Below, in pieces: positions 48,401 to 58,400 of a stretch of DNA of 64,000 nucleotides (its first letter is position 1; the number at the start of each line of letters is the position of its first letter). A program made the translations under genes and the position numbers. Location: positions 1 through 64,000 of the IMG/VR virus record IMGVR_UViG_3300027797_000019; one strand, written 5' to 3'. The notes below the pieces were generated by a model. That model did no database searches, had not been told where the DNA came from, and saw nothing but the letters and a program-made list of their open reading frames with translations. Source of the stretch: a virus.

Positions 48401-49575
48401 AGTTTGGTACTTGGGCTGAAGGTGGTGAACCTCAGAATGAAGGGTTTCAAGCATTACCCGAAGAAGTGCAAAATAAAATTTTGAAAAGAATGATTGGTGG
48501 TGGAGAAGAAGGCGATTGGATGACAATTGGTAAAACTACTAATAGAAACATTGCAGCTTATCAAGATAAACCTACCAGGAGCATGGTGAACTTTGGTGCT
48601 AATACAACACTTAATCCTACACTATATGCTATTGAGGGTATGGATGACAAAGGTTTTTTTGGTGATCTTGCTGCTATTGCATTGGGTGCTGGTGCACTAA
48701 ATAATGTTGGATTAGGTTACAGAAAACTTTTGGGTCCTGCATCTAAGACACAGACTCAGATGAATACTAGGACTGGTAAAATGGTAACATCCAATCTCAT
48801 GGATCGTGATAGTAAGAAATTAATGAATCAGTGGGAAAAACCTGAGTTTTATCAAGAACCTGTTCAAGATGAGTTAAGACGAAAGCAAAAAATGAATTTG
48901 AGTGTTCCACCGACTGGTGTAGATACAATTCCGATGGATAGTTTTGAAAACATGGCAAAGTATGGAGGATATTATGTAAGCAAAATGCTAACCGGTGGTC
49001 AACCTATGTTGTCAAAAGATGAATGGATGCAACAGAATGGTAGAGGGTTAATGGGTCAAGAATTACAAGATGAAAAAGATTATCAAGCGTATGTGCAACA
49101 GTGGCAGCTTGAGAATGAAAATTCAACAACTCAACAAACGCCTGCAACTACAACAACTACAACCCCTGAAGTAACTACAAGACTTGGTAAATCAAAGATG
49201 ATTCCAAATCTTGAGTTAGATCCAGAAGGGCAAGCTCTTGCTTACGGTACTATTTCTGCGATAAGTACAATTGCTAACAGAAAGAATCGTAAAGACACCT
49301 TAAAAGAGTACGAAGCAAATCTTCAAAAGTATGGTAATACTGACTTTAGATTTGATAACAATTATGTCAATCGTGATATGTTTGGTCAATACACTACTAA
49401 CAGAGCACAAGGTCAAAACTTTATTTTAAATAAAACTACTTATGCTCAAGACATGGGTAATCAATTTAATTATGGTTTTGGTACAAACTTTAAAGAAGGT
49501 GGTGAATATGATTTAACACCTCAGCAGATTGCAGCTATCATGGCTGCTGGTGGAGAGATTGAGTTTATTGATTAA
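45481..49575 (+). CDS. modular virion cargo protein (zincin, transglycosylase-like and DUF5872-like modules, GG linkers)
   Basis: HELSH..E, GIDPWLMLSVIGRESTFG, GLDRWFAEKWVDV and PSAYANG motifs; about 16 xxxGG linkers. Confidence 0.75.
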   Translation: MENLYKYISFDGYRNDSPDRYNPVNIIPTGRISMRDVNYPVFGIDEYGNGGIMYPGNDYQFTGNTVLEIPMMQRGGQPVYDNIPSPAVMRSKAQADHEADIVLRQKALQPITKPVIDFMQEWMSSPMYKAMLQKSNGSSIAKGREKQLQTMRAPGSFNIDVDLNPYHDWVDNFFVPRTLGSYGINTLTGENKIYIDKKETDPKRRKEIAVHELSHATDNPNGAGGTPLLPAADIAKMQAYRAAFDKTRKSKPEDWQTEFYNYLAEPTETRARLNTLRYLGKQKGIYDPFTEKIDKNKLDKFNSLFSNDISLRQLREIYSDEQITDMLNSISKVPSVSSIPLAKGGGQHGGLDRWFAEKWVDVKTGKECGRQEGEKRKGYPACRPSKRVSTDTPKTASELSSAEKARFKREKTSSKRISYNHKKEEGGELELAQYGYMIPPAGFNLMLGASELYNYFFGDEPKEVSKPQVKNVSPMGSMYQLYNADLNQFKSQKTNNDKLNQNNSGNINLSSGRFQGAQVSPEVIKEAVASAKAQGIDPWLMLSVIGRESTFGSGTDANIKRAGSKSKLVSGWDVAENYTPYDPLRFLADKKVPGVSTTRDAHGWHYKLDDKAALNKYLSQHPELVAQYQKKVESTPELGNLDSFDLAAKFIKERGLARYNPGDPNYSSMVNQDMKLLQSDPKLKAYMKTLGYENGGELFDMKSGGNVPTNPSLWSKAKAAAKAKYDVYPSAYANGFAAKWYKQRGGSWKKAAEGGCFECGGQFAEGGVNYNDMLNQPVFIPTNFVQFGGVANPLKQLQNMDTGDKIQLAKLAMMFAKDGGEADGGMALTQVNAMIDRLNNLKNFITLESDLDPWISDKISVMNHSATAINDYMQYGEQEEPEEMREGGGIPTRYKNMGFSKVGVKKESSRPGKKWMVLAKKGDDYKVVHGGYDGMKDFSQHGSEKRKDRFWDRMGGKDSAKAKDPFSPLYWHKKFGTWAEGGEPQNEGFQALPEEVQNKILKRMIGGGEEGDWMTIGKTTNRNIAAYQDKPTRSMVNFGANTTLNPTLYAIEGMDDKGFFGDLAAIALGAGALNNVGLGYRKLLGPASKTQTQMNTRTGKMVTSNLMDRDSKKLMNQWEKPEFYQEPVQDELRRKQKMNLSVPPTGVDTIPMDSFENMAKYGGYYVSKMLTGGQPMLSKDEWMQQNGRGLMGQELQDEKDYQAYVQQWQLENENSTTQQTPATTTTTTPEVTTRLGKSKMIPNLELDPEGQALAYGTISAISTIANRKNRKDTLKEYEANLQKYGNTDFRFDNNYVNRDMFGQYTTNRAQGQNFILNKTTYAQDMGNQFNYGFGTNFKEGGEYDLTPQQIAAIMAAGGEIEFID

Positions 49576-49658
49576 TCCTATGGTAATCTGCGTAAAATAT
49601 TGTAAATTCTAAATGTAGGGGATTTAAATCCGCATGCATTTTTAAACTTTAAAAGTTT

Positions 49659-52600
49659 ATGAAAGTAAGAATCACTAAAAAACCCGGAAGCACTGGAGAC
49701 CAACGTAATTACGGATTGGTCAGAGGAAGTGCGTTCGATTCATTTGAAAGCAAGGATAATACCCCTATCTCTGATACAATGGGTGCTGTACCACGAAATC
49801 AAGCTAATATTGAAGCTGAGGGTGGAGAAACTATTGTTGGAGACTTGAACAATGACGGATACTTGGAGCATTTTAAAATTTCGGGTAAGCGTCACTCTAA
49901 AGGTGGTGTACCTTTGAATGTTCCTGGTGGATCATTTATTTTTTCAGATACCCCTAAACTTGCTATTAAAGACCAAGAAGTTCTTGCAAGATTTGGAAAG
50001 ACTTTTAAAAAAGGTGGGTACACTCCTGCTGAACTTGCTAAGCAGTATGACATCAATAAGTTTATTCAGCTAATGAAGGATGATAACTCTGATGCTATTA
50101 CAAAGCGTACAGCTGGAGATATGGTTAAAAAGAATTCACAGAAGCTCGCTGAACTTGCATTAGTACAAGAATCAATGAAAGGTTTTCCTAGTGGTGTTCC
50201 TTCTATTGCTGCTCCTTTAATGGGTGCAGAACTAGGTCAAGCTAAGTATGGTGGGAGATTACCTAAAATGGAATTGGCAGGTGATCCTATTTACAATAAA
50301 ACAACACCTATGTATATTAATGGGCAGATGTATTATTGGAAAGAAACTGTAGACAAACCCGGATGGGGAACTGGTGATACTGTTGTATTGTATAATCCCC
50401 AGACAGGTAAGGAACTTAAAATGGATAAAGACAGATATGAAACTTTATCTAAAAAAGAGTTTTTACCTACATATGATAATGTTTATGGTAAAGGTTTACC
50501 TGATAGAATTAGAGGTGTTAAATATCTAAACTGGGGACTTACACCAGAGGATGCTAAAAATATTAATGGTAATAATCAGCGAGTTTTGACAGATGGTGCA
50601 AGAAGAGTTTATCAAGCCGGTCAAAGATTTTCTACGGATGGGCAAAACTATTTTGAAATTGTAGATCCTTTTGCATATACTGAAGGTTGGGGTGAATCTT
50701 CATATTACGGTCCAGGTATGGGGACTTATAACGTACAAGAAAAATCTGGTCCTGCTGTTGTAGTTAGACCTTTAAAAGTTACATATGATAATCAAGGTAA
50801 ACCGGTCTATACAAGAAATGACGCAGCACCTTTGAGTTATATGACTGACGGAACTATTCTTGACGCACAACAAAATAATAAATTCACGTTTGTAGGAGGA
50901 ACTCCTGTTTTTAGTGGAAATGTTGTTAAGGGTGACGCATCTACTGTTACTGGTGGGTTGGAAGGTACTATAGAAAATAAACCTACATATACTAGAACTG
51001 GTAAAACATTTGAAAAAGGTGGTTTAATACCCGTATTTGCAGAAGGAGGTCCTGGCGATAATAAAATCTATGAAGTAAAAGATGCAAGTGGTAAAATTCT
51101 ATATGAGTATCGTGGAGTTACTTATAACAGTTTAGATGAGGCAAAAGCTGCAAGAACAAAAAATGCTCCTGCTGGAAATTCTGGTAAAACTGAACCAAAA
51201 ACAGGTGGTACACCTACTTTACCTAAAGAACTTGAATCTGTAAAGGATTATGTAAAGTGGGATAACAATGTTAAGAAATGGCGAGTAACACTACCAGATG
51301 GAACATCTTCAGAGGTACGTGATAAAGTGGCTAACACTTTGACAAACTATGGTTTTAAAGATGTAATTCAGAGTGGTTCAAAAAAGATAACTACATCTGC
51401 TAAAGATTACGATTATTTCTATGCAGGTTTAAGACCTCAAGATTTTGAAGGTAAAATGGTAAGCAAGTTTATTGGAGCTGAAGAAGCTGGTAAGCTTGAT
51501 GAAATTGCAACAAGAAAAAAATATTTTGAAATTTTAGGAATTACAGGACTAACAGACGATCAGTTAAAAGATCCAAAAGCTCTTTATAACAATAAAGAGT
51601 TTATGGAAGGTAAATACTATCCTGCTTTCCAAAAAGTTCTTCCTCAAGATAAGTTTAGAAAAGTCATGAAAAATGACACTAAATGGGGACTTGAGCACTA
51701 TGACGCTATACCTGATTTTGGTACACCCGAAAAAATACCAACGCCAGAACTTGTTTATTGGTGTCTTCCCTCAAAAGAACAAGGTAAAGACGGTACATCA
51801 GGTCAGAGTAAAAAAGAGGAAGCACCCGCAGGTGCTGTATTTTATACAAGTGTAGCAGAAAGAGATGCTGCTTGTAAAAATATTCCTACAACCACAACTA
51901 CTCAGACTAAACAGACTCCTAAAAACTGGTGGTCACAAGATATTGGAAAATTTGCTGTTGGTCTTACAGATAAAGTGACAGAATTTGACCCCGTTCTTTA
52001 TCAAGTACCTATTGTAGAAGAAGACTATGTTTTACTTGATCCAGCCCGTCAGATTGCTGCAAGACAAGAGCAATTAAATAAGGGTATTGATTTAGTAGAA
52101 AATACCAGCGATGGTCAAGTAGCCCGTGCAAACGTAATGGGATATTCTGGTCAAGCAGCAGAGGATATGGCAAATGTTATTTCACAATATGAACAAGGTA
52201 ATGTTGGTATTGTAAATAACGCACTTGCAAGAAATGCTCAGGGAATGCGTCAAGGAATGTTAGAGAATGCTAAGTTACGCAGCGCATACAATGACGCACT
52301 TGCAGTTAAAGGACAAGCAGCTGAAAACGAAAGAAGACAAATCAAGTATCGTAATTTAGCAAACTGGATGGAAGGTGTTACAAATGCACAAAAGACAAAT
52401 GAATGGCTTCCAATTCTTACACCTTCTTACAGAGTTAATGCATTAGATGGTTCTATTAACTATGCAGAAGGTTATGATCCTCGTAGTATGTATACTGGTG
52501 CAATTGTAGGAACAAATCCTGGACTTTACGATCCTAGTCAAATTGCTTCATCTGTTGCTACAGCTTATGATGAAGGTTATCGTGCAAATATCAGTAAAGG

Positions 52601-52778
52601 TGAAGATGCTGCTAAGCAAGCTGGTAATGCAGCTGCACGTGCAGTACAAATGCGATTGAATAACCAAAATATGGGTATTGGTACTAATGGTTCAATGATG
52701 TATCCAGGAGCAGGAATGAATCAACAACAAGTGTTGTGGAACATGCTCAACGGTATGCAAGACCCCAATAATCCGTAA
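49659..52778 (+). CDS. virion cargo/ejection protein
   Basis: NIEAEGGETI...GKRHSKGGVP N-terminal motif, Q/A-rich coiled-coil C-terminus, further xxxGG motifs. Confidence 0.7.
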   Translation: MKVRITKKPGSTGDQRNYGLVRGSAFDSFESKDNTPISDTMGAVPRNQANIEAEGGETIVGDLNNDGYLEHFKISGKRHSKGGVPLNVPGGSFIFSDTPKLAIKDQEVLARFGKTFKKGGYTPAELAKQYDINKFIQLMKDDNSDAITKRTAGDMVKKNSQKLAELALVQESMKGFPSGVPSIAAPLMGAELGQAKYGGRLPKMELAGDPIYNKTTPMYINGQMYYWKETVDKPGWGTGDTVVLYNPQTGKELKMDKDRYETLSKKEFLPTYDNVYGKGLPDRIRGVKYLNWGLTPEDAKNINGNNQRVLTDGARRVYQAGQRFSTDGQNYFEIVDPFAYTEGWGESSYYGPGMGTYNVQEKSGPAVVVRPLKVTYDNQGKPVYTRNDAAPLSYMTDGTILDAQQNNKFTFVGGTPVFSGNVVKGDASTVTGGLEGTIENKPTYTRTGKTFEKGGLIPVFAEGGPGDNKIYEVKDASGKILYEYRGVTYNSLDEAKAARTKNAPAGNSGKTEPKTGGTPTLPKELESVKDYVKWDNNVKKWRVTLPDGTSSEVRDKVANTLTNYGFKDVIQSGSKKITTSAKDYDYFYAGLRPQDFEGKMVSKFIGAEEAGKLDEIATRKKYFEILGITGLTDDQLKDPKALYNNKEFMEGKYYPAFQKVLPQDKFRKVMKNDTKWGLEHYDAIPDFGTPEKIPTPELVYWCLPSKEQGKDGTSGQSKKEEAPAGAVFYTSVAERDAACKNIPTTTTTQTKQTPKNWWSQDIGKFAVGLTDKVTEFDPVLYQVPIVEEDYVLLDPARQIAARQEQLNKGIDLVENTSDGQVARANVMGYSGQAAEDMANVISQYEQGNVGIVNNALARNAQGMRQGMLENAKLRSAYNDALAVKGQAAENERRQIKYRNLANWMEGVTNAQKTNEWLPILTPSYRVNALDGSINYAEGYDPRSMYTGAIVGTNPGLYDPSQIASSVATAYDEGYRANISKGEDAAKQAGNAAARAVQMRLNNQNMGIGTNGSMMYPGAGMNQQQVLWNMLNGMQDPNNP

Positions 52779-52800
52779 TTACACATAAAAGAAACTAATA

Positions 52801-55416
52801 ATGGCGACATACTTACCTAATGTACAAGCTGTATTTCCGGAGAGACCATCGTTCACTCCGGACTTCTCTTTTTTAACAAGGGTATTGACTACACAGCAGC
52901 AGCGCTATGACGCTAATTTTATGCGTGTAAAAAACTTGTACAATTCTCAGTTTAGTAAAGCTCTCTCAAATTCTGACAACATTGAATTTAGAAATTTGAT
53001 GTTAAAAAAGATGGATCAAGAGATTGCAAGTATCTCCAATCTTGATTTAGCACTTCCTCAGAATGTTTCTTCTGCAATGACTGTTTTTAATCCATTGCTG
53101 CAAGATAATGATTTACAAGCTGATTTAGTAAAGACACAACGTGCACAACAAGCTTATCAACAATATCAGCAGTATTCTCAAAGTACAGATCCTGATATTC
53201 GTGCACAAGCAAATCCTGCAGCAATGCAGTATATTCAGATTGGTTTGGAAGAACTGCAAAATGCAAAGCGAGGTGATGGTTCAATTCAAGCCGCACAGGT
53301 ACGTGATTTTGTCCCTTTTGAAGATTACATAAAATACTTAGATGAAGCTGCTAATAAAGAAAAGCTTTCGATAAAATACACCGCACAAAAAGGTTATTAT
53401 CTTGTAGATATTGAGAATGGTAAAGAAGCTATTATGCCTTTTAGTAGCTGGGCGTTAGGTCATCTTGGGAACAGATTTGATAGACAATTTGCAGTTATTG
53501 CTGAAGTAGAAAAACATAATGGTGTAAAAGCTTTTATGCAGCAAGGATTAAGTTATCAGGATGCATTGAAAGCATATGCAAAACAAGTGCAACCTAAGTT
53601 AGTTGAAACCTTTGTAAATGCTGCCGCAAATAGTACAGACAGACTTACTGAATTAGATGCTAAAATTAAATTCTTTAAGGATACTTATGGGGATAATGTA
53701 CCTGAGCAATTTAAAGATCGCTATAATCAATTGCTTGAAGCAAAAAAAGCAATGGATTCTGAAGCAACTACTAATATGAATCAAGCTGCAGATATTGCAA
53801 ATGCTGATGATATTAGATTGTCCAATGCTGTGGTTAACTATTTGTTTGGTTCTAAAAAACAAGAAGCTGCTGTTCAGTGGGGTACAAATAAAGCTATGGC
53901 AACACAGTCTATGACATATAAGCCCGATGATGTAAAGCTAAAGTTTGCTCAAATGTCGCATGACAGAAGTATGAAACTTTTAGATCACCAATTATCTAAA
54001 GAGCGTGATTATTTGAAGTTTACTTATGACTATAAACTAGCTGAAGCTAAAGGTGATATTATACCAGCAGAGGTACCTATGGGTAGAAATACAGACATTG
54101 AATCTGTAAGTGCTTTAACAGCTGCTGCTACTTTGAATAATAATGGTGTACAACAAATGGCATCTTATCTTGTAGATGCAAATGCGGGTTTGTTAAACTT
54201 TGTTGCTGGTTCTGAAAAAGGTGCTATGTATAGTTCACTGGTTAGTAAAATGTCAATGCATGCAAAGGGGAGTCAAATTCAGTATTCTGCCGATGAACTT
54301 AAAACATTAAGGGACCTGACTAGCGCTATGGGTGTTTCTTTTTATACACCTGACAGTCCACAAAAAGCCGGATTGATGATTTCTAATATTTCTACAGGTG
54401 TTTATAAAAAAGTAACATTGTCAAGCGGTGCAATTAATGAAGAAGCTGGGGGTATTAAACATACAAGAGAGGCAATTAAAAATGCATCAGCTTTAGTTCG
54501 TGCTTTAAATAATTCATGGAAAGAAACTACACAAGCGCAAGATGATTATCAAGCAGCACTTAGATTAGAAGTTCTTTCTGGAAACACTGTTAAACCAGAA
54601 TACAGAGATAAAATAAGTGTTATAGGTAATGATAGAAACGGTCGACCCATTTTGAGTGTAAATGCTCAGTTTGAGAAAGCTGTTGAAATGAAAATTTCAG
54701 GGACACTTCCTCAACGATATCAGAATGTTACTACTACAAGTGGTGATTTGACTCAATTCAATAGACTTAACGGTGCTCAAGTTAGTCAGCTTTTTAACGT
54801 GAATACTGCTTCAAAAATTGTTATTGACGGTAAAGATGTTACTTCAGATTATAAAAAAGGTGAAGCTGATTTTAATGAAGCTATTCGTGGTATAAATGCA
54901 AATGATTTAGCTGAGTTATATGGTAATAATGCAGAATTTGCATTTAATCCTAACTCAAAAACAGTTGATATAACATTTAGAATTTCACCTACATCAAAAT
55001 CTGCAACAGGTGTTAATTATAAAAAAGATGGGTTTGCGGGTAATGAAGTAAAGATTACTGTTCCTTATTCACAAATAGGTAGAATTATACCTGGTGCGAT
55101 AGATAACATTCAAATGAATAGTTATGATCCACAATCTCTTATGAATTTGGATTTATTTGCAACACAACCTTTTAGTGTTGTAAATTTCCCTTCATATATG
55201 GAAAGTGCAGGATTTAAAGGTACAATTAGTGGTCAAGTAACTGGTGATGGTGCATATGCTTTAATTATTCAAGGAACAAAACGAATAGGTGGAAAAGATG
55301 TTTCATTCAAATATCCTGTTACTCAAAACATTGCTCCTGGTGATGTTAATGCGCTTAATGCTGTTGAAACAATCCTTGAACAAGAATTTCAAAAATACCT
55401 AGACCAAAGTAATTAA
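52801..55416 (+). CDS. virion cargo/ejection protein
   Basis: MATYLPNV...FTPDFSFL start; helical 871-aa protein in the cargo cluster. Confidence 0.7.
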   Translation: MATYLPNVQAVFPERPSFTPDFSFLTRVLTTQQQRYDANFMRVKNLYNSQFSKALSNSDNIEFRNLMLKKMDQEIASISNLDLALPQNVSSAMTVFNPLLQDNDLQADLVKTQRAQQAYQQYQQYSQSTDPDIRAQANPAAMQYIQIGLEELQNAKRGDGSIQAAQVRDFVPFEDYIKYLDEAANKEKLSIKYTAQKGYYLVDIENGKEAIMPFSSWALGHLGNRFDRQFAVIAEVEKHNGVKAFMQQGLSYQDALKAYAKQVQPKLVETFVNAAANSTDRLTELDAKIKFFKDTYGDNVPEQFKDRYNQLLEAKKAMDSEATTNMNQAADIANADDIRLSNAVVNYLFGSKKQEAAVQWGTNKAMATQSMTYKPDDVKLKFAQMSHDRSMKLLDHQLSKERDYLKFTYDYKLAEAKGDIIPAEVPMGRNTDIESVSALTAAATLNNNGVQQMASYLVDANAGLLNFVAGSEKGAMYSSLVSKMSMHAKGSQIQYSADELKTLRDLTSAMGVSFYTPDSPQKAGLMISNISTGVYKKVTLSSGAINEEAGGIKHTREAIKNASALVRALNNSWKETTQAQDDYQAALRLEVLSGNTVKPEYRDKISVIGNDRNGRPILSVNAQFEKAVEMKISGTLPQRYQNVTTTSGDLTQFNRLNGAQVSQLFNVNTASKIVIDGKDVTSDYKKGEADFNEAIRGINANDLAELYGNNAEFAFNPNSKTVDITFRISPTSKSATGVNYKKDGFAGNEVKITVPYSQIGRIIPGAIDNIQMNSYDPQSLMNLDLFATQPFSVVNFPSYMESAGFKGTISGQVTGDGAYALIIQGTKRIGGKDVSFKYPVTQNIAPGDVNALNAVETILEQEFQKYLDQSN

Positions 55417-55418
55417 TA

Positions 55419-58400
55419 ATGGCGGAGTTTGAGAATAACCCTTTTGATTCAGTATTTGGATCTGCTGCAACAGATGTATATCAGGACAGACCTAAACTTC
55501 CTGATAATCCATTTCAAACAGCGGTCAATGCTGTAAATACTGGAGGATACGGTGCACAATATTTTCCCGAATCTTCAGTTGCACCTTTTCGTGCACAAGA
55601 TTTTTTTCAAGCTCAAGGTTTTGATCCTGCTAATTATTCGCAGAACTACGCAGGTTATGCTGCAGCAGAAACTTGGGGTAGTACGTTTGGAAAAGCTTTT
55701 GATGATTTTGGTTATAAGTTTGGTAATTCTTTTGTAGAAGGTGCTTATAGTACAGGTAGACTACTTCGTTCAATTTTTACTTTAGGATCTTACGGTATTA
55801 ATAAAGATGAAGATGATTTGCTAAAACAATATTATGCTGATCAGGAAAATGAGTTAAAGAATACAATATTTATGACTCCTGAAGAGCAGGAAAGTTTTTT
55901 TAACAAAAAGTTTGTCAAAGATTTTATTGGTAATGCTGGTTATACACTAGGTACACTAGCTGAAATTGCTGCTGAAACAGCTTTAACTTTTGGCGTTGGT
56001 GCTGCAGTTTCAGCAGGACTTAAAGGTGTAGGATTAACTGCAAGAGCAGCTACATTGGGAGCTGGTGCAATATCAGCCGAAAGTGCAGCTGCAGGGTTAA
56101 GTGCATCAACTAAAGTCTTGGAAGGTGCAGCTGCCGCAGGAAGAGCTGCCGTTGACGATGTTGCAAAAGCGGGTATGACTCATGCAGAAGCTGCTGCTAA
56201 TCTAAGCACCATGGGTCGTGTTGGAGAGTTTGGTAATAGAGTTGTAAATGAGACTTTCAGAGCAGTCGGAATGAACTTTGCTGACATTGCAAAAGCTCAA
56301 GGTCTGTATAATAAGATTTGGGCTGCTGGTGAAAACTTTATTCCTGTAGCAGGTAATTTAATGCGGACTGGTAAAGAACTAGCAATTGCTGGTGCAAATG
56401 GTGCAGACATGTTAAAACTAGCAGGTGTTGGTTTTAATGGTTTTAGAAGAAGTTTAAATGAAATGACTCTTGCTACTTCTGAGTCAGCATTTGAAAGTGC
56501 TAATGCTTATGGTGATACATATACAGCATTGCATAATCAGTTTAGAGAACAATATGACAGAGTTCCTACAGAATTAGAAGAAAAGGCTATTAGAGAAACA
56601 GCAATGAATGTTGGCGGAAGCGTGTTTGATATAAACATGGGTATTCTGCTAACAATGAATAAAATACAGTTTGGTAACTTGTTTAGTCGATTTGGACCTA
56701 CTAACAAGTTCATGCGTGAGATGGTAGTTAATAACGCTGAAGATAGAGTACTTGCAAGAGCTGTTGCAAATGACGTAAAAACTAAATTTTACAAACAAGG
56801 TTTTTTAGGAACGTTTGGGAATCTTGGTGAAATTGCAGAAGACTTTGGTAAAAAAAGAGCTACTTGGGAAGCTACCAAATCACTTGGTAGAGGTATGGGT
56901 AAGTTTGAACTTACGGAAGGTGTGCAAGAATTACTCCAAGAAGGTAGTGCTGTAGGTGTAAAAGACTATTATGAGTCTATTTACAACGGTAACCCAATGT
57001 CTTTAGAAGAGTCTATAACTAGAGGTGCTCGATCTCAAGCAAACCAGGAAGGTTTTAAGACATTCTTAATGGGTGCTTTGACAGGAAGACTTGTTGCTCC
57101 AGTTACATATGTAGGTGGTAAAGCCAGTGAATATGGTTATGCTGCTGTGCAGGGTAATCTTGAATCAATGAAAGTTCAAGATCAAAAAGTAACTGACGCT
57201 GTTAACCAGCTTAATTTATTTTTTGACAATAAGCGTAACGGTACACAGCACTATGTAAGAAATGCGAGAGAACAAGCAGTAGCTTCTGAAAACATCACAG
57301 AAGCTGCAACAACGGGTAACGTATATGAATTTAATAATGCTAAAGAAGATGCGTTGGTTTCAGCTGTAAGAGCTGCAATGATGACTAATACAACTGATGC
57401 TTTTGTTTCAGCACTACGCCAAACTGGTGAACAATTTTCAGAAGCAGAGTTTAAAGAAGCGTATGGTGTTGATGTAAATGAAACCGGGTATAACTCTGTT
57501 AAAGAGTTTACCAATAAGATTGCTGATGACATTAATACTTATACAGATACATATAAAAGTTTAGTAAGAAAATATGGACCATTAGTAGATCCTCAAATAT
57601 TTCCTAAAGACAGTAAGGATTTTCGCAGAGCTATGTACTTACAAAATGCTTTGTATGGTGCAATAGATGTTGTTGCAGTAAATAGTATCAAAGGCAAACA
57701 AGCTGGCGAAAGAAGTAGAACATTAGCAAATGAGCTTAGATCTATTAGTGAAATTGCAAATAGTGCTGATTACGCTCTACGTATTTTAAGTAATCCTAGA
57801 AATCTAGAAAGTGAATTAGGTATTGCTCAAAGTGAGCTTGCGAGTTTACAGGCAAGCTATGAACAAACACAAGATCCTGCTTTAAAGCAAGCTATTGATA
57901 ACAAAGTTGAAGAGCTTGAATTACTCAATAGTTGGAAACAGTTTTGGTTATTTGAAAATACAATTGAACAACAAGAGCTTGAAGGTCAAGAAGAATTGAG
58001 TGGTGATGAGCGTGAAAAAAATAAAAAACTCCCTAAAGATTTACAGTATACATTTATTGGTACAGCAAACAAAAAAGCATACCAAGATGGTACTCTGACT
58101 AAAGAAGAATTTGATACTCTGATTAAAAATGACACTGTTCAACAGTTATTCAAAAAGATTGTCAATCTTAAAAATAAACAAGCGGGTCTAGATACAAGAG
58201 TATCGGATGAGACAATTAGACAAAGCATTGACAAATTAGTCGACTACATTCGTCTGGATAAAAATGCTAAAGACTACATTAATGCTGTTGATATTCTCCT
58301 AGACCCTAAGAATTTTAGAAAAGCACATTTACGTTTTGCTGATGGTGAATTTAAAGCTCGTATTTCTGATGCCCTTACATGGTTAGAAAATGAGCTGGTA

